Shown here: positions 22,709 to 34,782 of the stretch, one piece after another
How the letters are laid out: each line of letters opens with the position of its first letter
How positions within the stretch are numbered: the first letter of the stretch is position 1
DNA from: an uncultured delta proteobacterium
GTDB taxonomy: Bacteria > Myxococcota_A > UBA9160 > SMWR01
DNA: 64,000 nt
Assembly (NCBI GenBank): GCA_963832165.1
Contig: CAWHTE010000007.1
Coordinates: 480,001-544,000, forward strand
Reading direction: 5' to 3'
Notes under the pieces: generated by a model
Database searches by the model: none
What the model saw: only the letters and a program-made list of their open reading frames with translations
What the model was told of the DNA's origin: nothing
Translations under genes and position numbers: made by a program

Positions 22709-23644
22709 ATGAGCGACACGGAGCACCGCAAAGTTGTGATCGTGGGCAGCGGCCCGGCCGGCTACACCGCGGCGATCTACGCCGCGCGCGCCGAGCTCGC
22801 GCCGCTGGTCGTGGCCGGTCTCCAGTTCGGAGGCCAGCTCATGCTGACCACCGACGTGGAGAACTACCCGGGCTTTCCCGAAGGCGTCTCGGGCCCCGAG
22901 ATGATGGAGCTGTTCCAGAAGCAGGCCGAGCGCTTCGGCGCGGTGGTGCGGCTCGAGGACGCCACCGAAGTGGCGCTCGAGGAGCAGCCGTTCCGGATCG
23001 CCACTGCGGAGAAGTCGTTCACCGCGGACGCCGTGATCCTCGCGACCGGCGCCACCGCGAGGTGGCTCGGGCTGCCGTCCGAGCAGCGTCTCACCAACCG
23101 AGGCGTGTCGGCGTGCGCGACCTGCGACGGTGCGCTCTACCGCGGCAAGGCGATGGCGGTCGTCGGCGGCGGGGACACCGCGATGGAAGAGGCGCTGTTC
23201 CTCACGCGCTTTGCGCCGCGCGTGACGGTCATCCACCGCCGCGACACGCTGCGCGCCTCGAAGATCATGCAGGAACGCGCGCTGCGGAACGAGAAGATCG
23301 ACTTCCTGTGGAACTCCGAGGTCGCCGAGGTGATCGGTGACGACTTCGTGACGGGCGTTAGGATCCGCAACGTGGTGAACGGCGAGACGAGCGAGCTGCC
23401 CGTCGAGGCGCTGTTCGTCGCGATCGGCCACCAGCCCAACACGGCGCTGTTCCGCGGGCAGATTGATCTCGATGCGACCGGCTACATCCGCGTGTCACAG
23501 GGGACGCGCACCTCGATCGAGGGTGTATTCGCGTGTGGCGACGCGATGGACCCCACGTACCGCCAGGCCGTCACCGCAGCGGGCACGGGCTGCATGGCGG
23601 CGATCGACGCGGAGCGCTGGCTCGCGGAGCGAGAGCACGCCTGA
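22709..23644 (+). CDS. trxB: Thioredoxin-disulfide reductase
   Basis: GSGPAG, ENYPGF, CATCDG, GGGDTA.EEA, HRRD and YRQAVTAAG. Confidence 0.96.
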   Translation: MSDTEHRKVVIVGSGPAGYTAAIYAARAELAPLVVAGLQFGGQLMLTTDVENYPGFPEGVSGPEMMELFQKQAERFGAVVRLEDATEVALEEQPFRIATAEKSFTADAVILATGATARWLGLPSEQRLTNRGVSACATCDGALYRGKAMAVVGGGDTAMEEALFLTRFAPRVTVIHRRDTLRASKIMQERALRNEKIDFLWNSEVAEVIGDDFVTGVRIRNVVNGETSELPVEALFVAIGHQPNTALFRGQIDLDATGYIRVSQGTRTSIEGVFACGDAMDPTYRQAVTAAGTGCMAAIDAERWLAEREHA

Positions 23645-23690
23645 TCCGTATCGTCGCGGGCCGCGCTACGAGGGCTAGACTCGGGTAGCC

Positions 23691-24770
23691 ATGGGCCTCT
23701 CCAGTCTCTCGCAAGAGACCCTCGAGCGCCTGATCGCGCGATCCACCGACATCGTCGTGGCGACCGATCGCGCGGGGCGCGTGATCTACTACAACGACGG
23801 CGCGTCGCGGATCCTCGGCTACAAGCCCGATCAGATCCTGGGCTGCAACGTCGTCACGCTCTACCCGAGCCTCGCCGAGGCGAAGCGCGTGATGAAGGCG
23901 ATGCGCGAGGACGACCACGGCGGGCGCGGCATCGTCGAGACGTTCCAGACCACGTTCCGTGCGAAGAGCGGCGAGGACATTCCGGTCGCGATCTCGGGCA
24001 CAGTGCTCTACGACGCACAGGGCAACGAGGACGGCACGATCGGCTTCGCGAAGGACCTGCGCGAGATCCTGCGCAAGGATCAGCTCGAGACACTCGGTGA
24101 AGTGGCGGTCGGGCTCTCGCACGAGATCAACAACCCGCTCGCCGTGATCGTGAACCAGCTCCAGCTGCTCGAGCACGACCTGATCTCGCTCGCGGGCGAG
24201 GACGACGTCTCCGTCGAGTGCGAGCGCCTCGATGCGATGCGACGCGAGGTCAGCCGGATCTCGGGTGTCCTGTCGCGGCTCGGCGAGGCAGCCGAGGAAG
24301 AGACCTACGAGACGATCAACTACGTCGGCCCGACCCGGCGCATGATCGACCTGCGCGAGAAGCGCTCGGAGTCGCCCACGGCGCTGCGCCTCTCGGGCGT
24401 GCGCGTGCTCGTGGTCGACGACGACCTCGGCATCTGTCAGAGCGTGAAGGAGATCCTCGAGGCCGCCGGCTGCGACGTCTCGGTGGCGCACGACGGCGCG
24501 GCGGGCCTGCGCTGCGTCGAGTCGACGCCGCTCGACGCGGTGCTCTCCGACGTGGTGATGCCCGAGATGGACGGCTACGAGCTCTACACCGCGATCCGCA
24601 AGACCCACCCGGAGCTACCCGTGCTCATGATGACGGGCTTCCATTACGACCGCGAACATGTGATCAAGCGCAGCCGGCTCGAGGGCCTCGAGGGCGTGAT
24701 CTTCAAGAAGCCGGTCGATCCGAATCGGCTGATCGAGGTGCTCCTCGAGACGGTCGGCCGCAAGAACTAG
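23691..24770 (+). CDS. PAS-HisKA-REC signalling protein lacking an HATPase domain
   Basis: PAS; SHEINNPL H-box; short YETINY..MIDL linker, then REC (VVDDD, SDVVMP, KKP). Confidence 0.8.
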   Translation: MGLSSLSQETLERLIARSTDIVVATDRAGRVIYYNDGASRILGYKPDQILGCNVVTLYPSLAEAKRVMKAMREDDHGGRGIVETFQTTFRAKSGEDIPVAISGTVLYDAQGNEDGTIGFAKDLREILRKDQLETLGEVAVGLSHEINNPLAVIVNQLQLLEHDLISLAGEDDVSVECERLDAMRREVSRISGVLSRLGEAAEEETYETINYVGPTRRMIDLREKRSESPTALRLSGVRVLVVDDDLGICQSVKEILEAAGCDVSVAHDGAAGLRCVESTPLDAVLSDVVMPEMDGYELYTAIRKTHPELPVLMMTGFHYDREHVIKRSRLEGLEGVIFKKPVDPNRLIEVLLETVGRKN

Positions 24771-25486
24771 CGCGCGCGCGGCTCCGGTGTGCGCGCCGCG
24801 CACACCGCCACCACCGAGCGCGCGCCTGCGTGCTGCAGCGCGCGCGCCGCTTCGCGCAACGTGGCGCCCGTGGTGATCACGTCGTCGACGAGCCAAACGC
24901 GCGGCGGCATCGCGCGCCGCGCGCGCAGCGCACCGCGCACGTTGCGCCGTCGCGCGGTCGCGTCGAGTCCGGTCTGGCTCGGAGTGTCGCGCACGCGCTC
25001 GAGCGCGGTCGGCGCGAGCGGCGCTCCCACACAGCGTGCTACTGCGCGCGCCACGAGCAGCGCGGGATTGAATCCGCGCGCGCGCAGCCGGCGCGCGTGC
25101 AGCGGAACCGGCACCACGAGCTCGGGAGACGGTCCGGGCGCGAGCTGCGCCGAGCGCGCAGCGAGCTCGCCGACCGCTGCGATCGGGCCCGGCGCGAGGC
25201 CGCGCAAGCCGCGCGGCGGATACTTGAACGCGCGAATCCAATCGGAGACCGGTGCTTCGAGCCAGACCGCCGCGACCGCGGCCTCGAGCGGATCCAGCTC
25301 GGCGCACGCGCCCGCGGCCGCGCGATGGAGCTGACAGCGCGGACACGCGTCGGCCGCGATCGCGGGCAGTTGCGCTTCGCAGCGCGCGCACAGCACGCGC
25401 TGCGCCGGCGCCGCCGCAGCACAGCCCGCGCACGCACACGGCAAGAGGGTATCGACCGCGGCCCCGAGCCAGGCCCAGCGATCCAT
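24767..25486 (-). CDS. comF: ComF family double zinc ribbon / phosphoribosyltransferase protein
   Basis: CxxC pairs, VPVPLH..RGFN, SQTGL..RRRNV and LVDDVITTGAT. Confidence 0.9.
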   Translation of the reverse strand: MDRWAWLGAAVDTLLPCACAGCAAAAPAQRVLCARCEAQLPAIAADACPRCQLHRAAAGACAELDPLEAAVAAVWLEAPVSDWIRAFKYPPRGLRGLAPGPIAAVGELAARSAQLAPGPSPELVVPVPLHARRLRARGFNPALLVARAVARCVGAPLAPTALERVRDTPSQTGLDATARRRNVRGALRARRAMPPRVWLVDDVITTGATLREAARALQHAGARSVVAVCAARTPEPRAR

Positions 25487-25564
25487 CGCGCACTCCGCGG
25501 GACCGGGGTGTTGCGATGCTAGCGCTCCGTTCGGTTCGATTAACTTTATCTATTAGATCTACAC

Positions 25565-25588
25565 TTACAGGTAGAAAATCACCTGTAA
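25565..25588. promoter_or_regulatory. Palindromic operator in an AT-rich divergent promoter region
   Basis: TTACAGGT-N8-ACCTGTAA perfect inverted repeat within an AT-rich patch (about 25530-25620). Confidence 0.5.
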
Positions 25589-25662
25589 ATCTGTATTTTA
25601 CGCGAAAATTGAGATGATTCAGGCCTCGATTGTGCCGATCTTCTCTGCGGATGGGCATCGGC

Positions 25663-25950
25663 ATGCCGCGCAGCTTCGTGGACCACCCGCACTCGGTCGG
25701 CGAGACCTATCGCGAGCACTTCGCCGCGGCGAGCGGCTTCGGGCTGCGGCTGATCGGCGCGGGCCTCGCCTGCCTCGTGCATGCCTGCGTGCCGGCCTGG
25801 TTCATGCGCTCGGGCAGCCAGGCGGTGCGCGCGCTCGCGCGCGAGCTCGACGAGCGGGCGAGTCGGGCCGTTCCGAGCCGTCCGGCCTACCCGGACGCGG
25901 CCGACAGCGCGATCGACTGGGCGTCGCTCCAGAGCCGCTCGAGGTCGTAG
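25663..25950 (+). CDS. Small protein, DUF6356-like
   Basis: FxDHPHSVGETYREHF..ACLVHA.VP.WF..SGS pattern recalled for this family; 3' end overlaps rsfS. Confidence 0.65.
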   Translation: MPRSFVDHPHSVGETYREHFAAASGFGLRLIGAGLACLVHACVPAWFMRSGSQAVRALARELDERASRAVPSRPAYPDAADSAIDWASLQSRSRS

Positions 25951-26252
25951 GCTTCGCGCACCTCGGCCTGGAACACGTGCACGATCACGTCGCCGAGATC
26001 GATCAGCACCCAGCGCGCCTCTTCGTAGCCCTCGACGCCGAGCGGCCGGCCGCCGCTCGCGTTCTCCGCCTCGCGGAGCCCGTCGGCGATCGCGCGCGCG
26101 TGGCGGTCGGAGGTGGCGGTGGTGATGATGAAGGTGTCGGCGTAGGAGGTGAGCGCGCTGACGTCGAGCGCGACGAGGTCTACGGCCTTCTTGTCGAGGG
26201 CGGCATCGGCCACCCGGTTCGCGCGCGCGAGGCGCTCCGCTCTGGTTGCCAT
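25887..26252 (-). CDS. rsfS: Ribosome silencing factor
   Basis: DKKA.D, ADTFII, EG..WVLIDLGDVIVHVF..YDLERLW. Confidence 0.93.
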   Translation of the reverse strand: MATRAERLARANRVADAALDKKAVDLVALDVSALTSYADTFIITTATSDRHARAIADGLREAENASGGRPLGVEGYEEARWVLIDLGDVIVHVFQAEVREAYDLERLWSDAQSIALSAASG

Positions 26253-26260
26253 CCTTCTCC

Positions 26261-26917
26261 TTACGATTCTCCGCGAGCGTATACCCGGCTCGCCTCGATG
26301 TCTTGGCGCACCGCTTCGGGCACCAGGTAGCGGACCGACTGCCCGCGCCGGATCCGATCGCGGATGTCGGACGAGGACACCGCGAGCGCCGAGATCGAAA
26401 CCGCGCGCAGACTGCTCCCCGTGGCGCGGTGCACGGCGCCCGCGCCGCCGGGCTCGAGCTCGAAGTCGCCGCGCAGCGCGCCGGGGATCCAGTCCGAGAG
26501 ACGCCCCGGCGTGCCCGGCCGCGCCATCACCGCGAAGTCCGCCAGCGCGAACAGCTGCTTGGGCTCCCGCCAGGTGCCGAGCTCCGTGAACGCGTCGCTG
26601 CCGATGATGAACACGGGGCGCGCGGGGGCCTCGCGCTCCGCGAGCGCGCGCAGCGTATCCACCGTGTACGACGCGCCGCCGCGCGCGATCTCGATGTCGC
26701 ACGTTGCGAGCCGCGGATTGCCCGCGCAGGCCGCCTCTACCCACGCGAGCCGCAGCGCGCCCGGCGCGAGCGGTCCGCCCGACTTGTGCGGCGGCTGCGC
26801 CGACGGCACGAGCAGCACTCGCTCGAGCCCGAGCGCTTCCCCGACTTCCTCCGCGGCGCGCAGGTGGCCGAGGTGGATCGGGTTGAAGGTGCCGCCGAGC
26901 ACGCCGATCCGCGTCAT
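26261..26917 (-). CDS. nadD: Nicotinate-nucleotide adenylyltransferase
   Basis: GGTFNPIHLGH, PPHK, SYTVDTL and SSSDIR. Confidence 0.95.
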   Translation of the reverse strand: MTRIGVLGGTFNPIHLGHLRAAEEVGEALGLERVLLVPSAQPPHKSGGPLAPGALRLAWVEAACAGNPRLATCDIEIARGGASYTVDTLRALAEREAPARPVFIIGSDAFTELGTWREPKQLFALADFAVMARPGTPGRLSDWIPGALRGDFELEPGGAGAVHRATGSSLRAVSISALAVSSSDIRDRIRRGQSVRYLVPEAVRQDIEASRVYARGES

Positions 26918-28170
26918 TCGCGAAGCTGACCGTCTCCGCGCAGGACGTACTTCTGCGTCGTGAGCCCCTCGAGTCCCATCGGCCCGAACGCGTGCAGCTT
27001 CGAGGTCGAGATCCCGATCTCGGCGCCGAGCCCGAGCCGGAAGCCATCGGCGAACGCGGTGGAGCAGTTCACGCCGACGGTCGACGAATTCACGCGCCGC
27101 AGCCACGCCTGCGAGCTCGCATAGCTCTCCGTGACGATCACCTCGGTGTGCGAGGTGCCATAGCGCCGCACGTGCGCCACGGCCGCGTCGAGGTCGTCGA
27201 CCACTCGCACCGCCACGATCGGCGCGAGATATTCCTCGGACCAGTCGGACTCGCTCGCGGGCACGGCGTCGCCGAAGATCTCGCGCGTGCGCGCGTCGCC
27301 GCGGATCTCGACGCCGGCCTCGTGCAGCGCCTTCAGCACGCCCGGCATCACGCGCGCGGCCGCATCCGCATGCACGAGCAGCGTCTCGAGCCCGTTGCAC
27401 ACCGCCATCTGGCGCAGCTTCGAGTCGAGCACGATCGCGCGCGCCATTTCGGCGTCGGCGCTCGCGTCGATGAACACGTGACACACGCCCGCGTCGTGCT
27501 TGATCACGGGGATGCGCGAGGTCTCGGTGACCTTGCGGATCAGGCCCGGCCCGCCGCGCGGGATGATCAGGTCGACGAGCGCGTCCTCGCGCAGCAGATG
27601 GTCGATCGCCTCGCGGTCGCTGCGCGGGATCACGGCGATCGCGTCCTCGGAGATGCCGCAGTCGCGCGCCGCGGCGCGCAGCTCCTCGGCGAGCGCGAGG
27701 TTCGAGCGCAGCGCCTCGGAGCCGCCGCGCAGGATCACCGCGTTGCCGGCCTTCACGCACAGCGCCGCCGCGTCGACGGTCACGTTCGGGCGCGACTCGT
27801 AGATCATGCCGATCACGCCGAGCGGGATGCGCATGCGCCCGACCTCGAGCCCGTTCGGGCGCACCGAGGTCTGCTCGATCCGTCCCACCGGATCGGGCAG
27901 CGCAGCGACGTCGCGCAGACCCGCGATCATGTCGCGCCACTTCGCGTCGGAGAGCTCGAGCCGCGCGGCCAGCGGCGCTTCGACGCCCTTCTCGCGCGCC
28001 TCGGCCACGTCGAGCGCGTTCGCGGAGCGGATCCGCTCGCGCGCCTCTTCGAGTCGCTGCGCCGAGCGCAAGAGCCACGCGTCCTTCTGCGCCGAGGAGA
28101 GCTCGGCGGTCTGCTCGGAAGCGGCGCGCGCCTTCACCGCGATCTCGTGGACGAGCTCTTTCAGGTCCAT
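26914..28170 (-). CDS. proA: Glutamate-5-semialdehyde dehydrogenase
   Basis: PLGVIGMIYESRPNVT, LRGGSEA and GAEIGISTSKLHAFGPMGL. Confidence 0.96.
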   Translation of the reverse strand: MDLKELVHEIAVKARAASEQTAELSSAQKDAWLLRSAQRLEEARERIRSANALDVAEAREKGVEAPLAARLELSDAKWRDMIAGLRDVAALPDPVGRIEQTSVRPNGLEVGRMRIPLGVIGMIYESRPNVTVDAAALCVKAGNAVILRGGSEALRSNLALAEELRAAARDCGISEDAIAVIPRSDREAIDHLLREDALVDLIIPRGGPGLIRKVTETSRIPVIKHDAGVCHVFIDASADAEMARAIVLDSKLRQMAVCNGLETLLVHADAAARVMPGVLKALHEAGVEIRGDARTREIFGDAVPASESDWSEEYLAPIVAVRVVDDLDAAVAHVRRYGTSHTEVIVTESYASSQAWLRRVNSSTVGVNCSTAFADGFRLGLGAEIGISTSKLHAFGPMGLEGLTTQKYVLRGDGQLRE

Positions 28171-28172
28171 GG

Positions 28173-30499
<2,327 letters not shown>

Positions 30500-30745
30500 T
30501 CAGCCGATGCTGGCGACGACCCGGCCGCGCGAACGGCCGTACGAGACGACGCCAGCGGTGAGCGCGAACAGCGTGTAGTCGCGGCCCACGCCGACGCCGC
30601 GGCCCGCGTGCACGCGCGTGCCGACCTGGCGCACCAGGATCGCGCCCGCTTGCACGCGCGCGCCCCCGAACACCTTGATCCCGCGCCGCTGGGAGTTGCT
30701 GTCGCGGCCGTTACGTGAGCTGCCCTGACCCTTTTTGTGTGCCAT
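30500..30745 (-). CDS. rpmA: 50S ribosomal protein L27
   Basis: [27 protein letters not shown]. Confidence 0.97.
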   Translation of the reverse strand: MAHKKGQGSSRNGRDSNSQRRGIKVFGGARVQAGAILVRQVGTRVHAGRGVGVGRDYTLFALTAGVVSYGRSRGRVVASIG

Positions 30746-30754
30746 CGCCCGTCC

Positions 30755-31066
30755 TCAGCCCTCGATCGTGTCGACGCGGATCTCGGTGAAATCCTGCCGG
30801 TGGCCGTTGCGGCGCCGGTAGTTCTTGCGCCGCTTCATCTTGAAGATCCGGATCTTCGGCCCACGGCCCTGGACCGTGATCGTCCCGACCGCCTTCGCGC
30901 CCGCGACCAGCGGCTGGCCCACGCGCGGCTCGCCCTCGCCAGCCACGAGCAGCACTTCCGAGAGCTCGATGCGATCGCCGACCGCGCCCGCGAGCTTCTC
31001 GACGCGGACCGATTGGCCCGGCTCGACGCGGTGCTGCTTCCCACCGGTGCGGATCACCGCGTACAT
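30755..31066 (-). CDS. rplU: 50S ribosomal protein L21
   Basis: MYAVIRTGGKQ..KMKRRKNYRRRNGHRQ. Confidence 0.97.
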   Translation of the reverse strand: MYAVIRTGGKQHRVEPGQSVRVEKLAGAVGDRIELSEVLLVAGEGEPRVGQPLVAGAKAVGTITVQGRGPKIRIFKMKRRKNYRRRNGHRQDFTEIRVDTIEG

Positions 31067-32910
31067 CACGAGTCCTCGCTGCTTTGGAGCCGGGGGAGTA
31101 TGGAGTCTTCGCCTTGCGCGTCAACCGGCGCGTCGACCGCGGCCGCGGCGATCTCGAAAGGCGGCGCGGGCACGTCGCCGGGCTCCTCGATCGAGCGCTC
31201 GACCGCGAGGGCCTCGTTGGCGGCCTCGCCCGGAGCCGGCTCCTCGGCCGCGCGCAGGGACTCCACCTCGGCGGCGGCCCGCTCCTGTGAGGCGGCGCGG
31301 CGCGCCGCCTCGGCCGCCGCGCGTTGCTCGCGGCTCTCGAGCCAGGGGACCGGGATCGTCACGGCGGGCCCGTGGTCGATCGCCTCCACCTCGAACTGCT
31401 CCTGGTGCAGACCCGGGCGCGTGCGCACCTCGATCTCGCGGCCGAGCTGCTCGGAGAGCGCGGCCAGCGCGCGTCGCGCGGGGCCGAGCAGCATCTCGCC
31501 CACGCGCGGGCTCACCGATACCGCGATCTGGCGCCCGCCGAAGCGCGGAAGATCCTTGCGGATCTCGCGCAGGAGCTTGTAGGCGACCGTCTCCGCGGAG
31601 AGCACGTAGCCGCGCCCCTCGCAGAAGCTGCACGGCTCGCAGAGCTGTTGGACGAGATTCTCGCGCGTGCGCTTGCGCGTCATCTCCACCAGGCCGAGCT
31701 CGGAGATCTTCAGGATGTTGGTGCGCGCCTTGTCGCCGCGCAGCGCTTCCTGGAGTGCGCGGTAGACCTTGTCGCGGTTCTCGGCGCTCTCCATGTCGAT
31801 CAGGTCGATGATGATCAGGCCACCGAGATTGCGGAAGCGGAGCTGGTGCACCACTTCCTGCACGGCCTCGAGATTGGTCTTGAGGACCGTCTCCTCGAGA
31901 TCGCGCTTTCCGACGTAGCGCCCCGTGTTCACGTCGATCGCCGTGAGCGCCTCGCTCTGGTCGACGATCAGATAGCCGCCCGACTTGAGCCAGACCTTCT
32001 TGCCGAGGTTCTCGTCGATGCGCACCTCGAGTCCTTCGCGGTCGAACAGCGGCTCGGTCTCCTGGTAGAGCTCGAGCCGCGGCTTCGGGTCCGCGACGAA
32101 GCGGTCGAGGAAGCGCCCCATCTTCTCGTGGATCACGGGATCGTCGACCACGATGCGCCTGGTGCGGCCGTTCGCGAAGTCGCGGATCGCGCGCAGCGGC
32201 AGCGACAGCTCTTCGTAGAGCGTCGCGGGCGCACGCGCGCCGACCTGCGCCGCGCGGATCTCCTCCCAGACCGCAGCGAGGTAGGCGACGTCGGCCTCGA
32301 TGTCGGCCTCGCGCGTGCCTTCGCCCGCGGTGCGGATGATGAAGCCGAGATCCTTCGGCCGCGAACGCGTGACGATGTCCTTGAGCCGGCGGCGCTCGCG
32401 GTCTGATCCGATCCGCCGCGACACCCCGACCCGCTTCGACCACGGCGTCAGCACGAGATGGCGGCCCGCGATCGAGAGATGGCTCGTGATCCGCGCACCT
32501 TTGGTGCCGATCGGCTCCTTCGCGACCTGGACGATGATCTCCTGGCCTTCCTGGAGCACCGTCTCGATCCGGGGCACCTGGCGCTGATTGCGCCGGAACC
32601 GGCGCCGCCGATCCTCGTCCTCGCCGTCGAGCAGCCCCTCGTCATCGAGGTAGTCGCCCACATAGAGGAACGCGGCCTTCTCGAGCCCGATGTCCACGAA
32701 GCCGGCCTGCATGCCCGGCAGAACCCGCGTCACGCGGCCCTTGGCGACCATCCCCGCCACATTGCGATCGCGTTCGCGTTCAATGTGGAGCTCGGCAAAA
32801 TTTCCGCCCTCTACCAGGGCGACGCGGGTCTCGCCTCCACTGGCATTGATGATGATTTCGTTCGAGGTCGCGGGGCGGCCGCCCCCCGAACGCTGTCCAT
32901 TGGACGCCAC
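31066..32910 (-). CDS. rng: Ribonuclease E/G family with acidic C-terminal tail
   Basis: RVLPGMQAGFVDIG, QVAKEPIGTKG, AIDVNTG, GGLIIIDLIDM and GLVEMTRKR. Confidence 0.9.
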   Translation of the reverse strand: MASNGQRSGGGRPATSNEIIINASGGETRVALVEGGNFAELHIERERDRNVAGMVAKGRVTRVLPGMQAGFVDIGLEKAAFLYVGDYLDDEGLLDGEDEDRRRRFRRNQRQVPRIETVLQEGQEIIVQVAKEPIGTKGARITSHLSIAGRHLVLTPWSKRVGVSRRIGSDRERRRLKDIVTRSRPKDLGFIIRTAGEGTREADIEADVAYLAAVWEEIRAAQVGARAPATLYEELSLPLRAIRDFANGRTRRIVVDDPVIHEKMGRFLDRFVADPKPRLELYQETEPLFDREGLEVRIDENLGKKVWLKSGGYLIVDQSEALTAIDVNTGRYVGKRDLEETVLKTNLEAVQEVVHQLRFRNLGGLIIIDLIDMESAENRDKVYRALQEALRGDKARTNILKISELGLVEMTRKRTRENLVQQLCEPCSFCEGRGYVLSAETVAYKLLREIRKDLPRFGGRQIAVSVSPRVGEMLLGPARRALAALSEQLGREIEVRTRPGLHQEQFEVEAIDHGPAVTIPVPWLESREQRAAAEAARRAASQERAAAEVESLRAAEEPAPGEAANEALAVERSIEEPGDVPAPPFEIAAAAVDAPVDAQGEDSILPRLQSSEDS

Positions 32911-33079
32911 GCCTGTATCTCCGGCGTTGGCGAGCCGTTCGGGCTTTTGGAATGGAGTTGGGTCGACGCCGGGTGAGTCCCGGCGCGCGGCGGGGCCCTA
33001 GCTGGAATTGGCCGCGGCGCGAGACCGCGGCCAGCGGACGAGACTTATCTCTAATGTCCCGAAATCGCTATTGAAAACG

Positions 33080-33108
33080 TTGACTCGCACAGTTTGTGTC
33101 TATACGGT
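33080..33108 (+). promoter_or_regulatory. Putative sigma70 promoter toward selA
   Basis: TTGACT-N17-TACGGT. Confidence 0.4.
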
Positions 33109-33335
33109 GCGGTCCTGTGATTCGGCTTCGAGCTCCGCGCAGCGCCCCGCCGCCCGTCCAGCTCGTCCGATTCCCCCGTGAAGGGCCCACCCGTGATTCA
33201 GGAGACTTCGAGTGCGTCGCCGGGGTTCTTCCTTAGACCGGCCGGTGACTGGACCGCCGGTCGTACAGCTCCGGAAACGCCTTGCCTCCCGCGGGTAAAC
33301 CCTTAGGACCGCGCGAAAATTTGAGTCACAGAATC

Positions 33336-34742
33336 ATGAATTCGCGAAGTGAGGTCAAGAGCGACGCGAGACGATCGTTACCGGCGGTCGATCGCCTCGT
33401 GCGCGCGCTCGAGAGCGACGCCTCCTCCGATCTTCCGATCTGGGCGCTGCGCGAAGCGGCCCGCGAGGTGCTCGAAGCCGAGCGCGAGCGGCTCGGCGCA
33501 GTGTCCGACCCGCCCGCGGCGGCCTCCGAGCCGGAGTTGATTGCGCGCGCGGCCGCGCGCGCGGCCGATCTCGCGCGCCCGCATCCCCAGCCCGTGATCA
33601 ACGCGACCGGGATCCTCCTGCACACGAATCTCGGCCGGGCTCCGCTCGCGCCGGGCGCCGCGCGCGCGGTGGAGCTCGCGGCGCGCAGCTACGGCGACCT
33701 CGAGCTCGATCTCGGTCCCGGGGCGCGCGGTTCGCGCGGCGCCGCGGTCGAGCACAAGCTGCGCCTGCTCTCGGGCGCGGCGGGCGCGCTCGTGGTGAAC
33801 AACAACGCCGCCGCGGTGCTGCTCGCGCTCGCGGGCCTCGCGCAGGGCCGGGCCGCGGTCGTCTCGCGCGGGGAGCTCGTGGAGATCGGCGGCTCGTTCC
33901 GCGTGCCCGAGATCATGGCGTCGGCAGGCGTGCGCCTCGTCGAGGTGGGCACCACGAACCGGACCCATCTTCGCGACTACGAGTCGGCGATCGACGCCGA
34001 CGTCGCGCTCGTGCTCAAGGTCCACCGCAGCAACTTTGCCCTTCGGGGCTTCGTAGCCGAGGTCGAGCTCGCCGATCTGGCCGAGCTCGCGCAGGCGCAC
34101 GACCTGCCGCTCGTCGAGGACCTCGGCAGCGGCACGCTCATCGATCTCTCACGGCGTGGGTTTCCCGAGGAGATCTGGGCGCCGGGGCGCCTCACGCGCG
34201 GCGCAGACGCCGTGTGCTTCTCGGCCGACAAGCTGCTGGGCGGGCCGCAGGCCGGGATCCTCCTCACGCGCGACGCCGCGCTCGCCGACCGCTTGCGGCG
34301 CCACCCCCTCGCCCGCGCGCTGCGCATGGACAAGCTCTCGCTCGCGGCGCTCGACTGGACGCTGTCCGCGTATCTCGAGGGGCGCGCCGAACAGGAGATT
34401 CCCCTGCTGCGGCAACTACTCGCGGCGCCCGACGAGCTGCGGCGCCGGGCCGCTGCGCTCGCCGAGAGGCTGTGTGCGAGCGAGGACTTTCGCGCGAAGG
34501 CGCACGTCGAGCCCGACCAGAGCTACGCGGGCGGTGGCTCGCTGCCCGAGCACGCGCTCGAGAGCTGGGTCGTGCGCGTGGAGGCCCCCGTCGGAGCGGA
34601 GCGCCTCGCGGCGCGGCTGCGCTCGGGGCACCCGCCCGTGCTCGCGCGCGTCCGCGACGACCGCCTGATCCTCGACGTGCGCACCCTGCTCGAGGGCGAA
34701 GAGGACCGGCTCGTGCACGCGATGTTCGAAGCGCTGCGTTGA
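33336..34742 (+). CDS. selA: L-seryl-tRNA(Sec) selenium transferase
   Basis: VINATGILLHTNLGRA, VNNNAAA, GELVEIGGSFR, GTTNRT, EDLGSG and DKLLGGPQAG. Confidence 0.96.
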   Translation: MNSRSEVKSDARRSLPAVDRLVRALESDASSDLPIWALREAAREVLEAERERLGAVSDPPAAASEPELIARAAARAADLARPHPQPVINATGILLHTNLGRAPLAPGAARAVELAARSYGDLELDLGPGARGSRGAAVEHKLRLLSGAAGALVVNNNAAAVLLALAGLAQGRAAVVSRGELVEIGGSFRVPEIMASAGVRLVEVGTTNRTHLRDYESAIDADVALVLKVHRSNFALRGFVAEVELADLAELAQAHDLPLVEDLGSGTLIDLSRRGFPEEIWAPGRLTRGADAVCFSADKLLGGPQAGILLTRDAALADRLRRHPLARALRMDKLSLAALDWTLSAYLEGRAEQEIPLLRQLLAAPDELRRRAAALAERLCASEDFRAKAHVEPDQSYAGGGSLPEHALESWVVRVEAPVGAERLAARLRSGHPPVLARVRDDRLILDVRTLLEGEEDRLVHAMFEALR

Positions 34743-34782
34743 TGCGTCGAAGCTTGTCGCTTACGCTCCGTTGGCGAGACGC

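Noticed and set aside
25533..25560. dif-like site GGTTCGATTAA-CTTTAT-CTATTAGATCT
   Set aside because: The left arm resembles a XerC site but the XerD arm (TTATGT..) does not match.
32911..33335. tRNA-Sec (selC) next to selA
   Set aside because: No TCA-anticodon cloverleaf or T-loop was found by eye on either strand.
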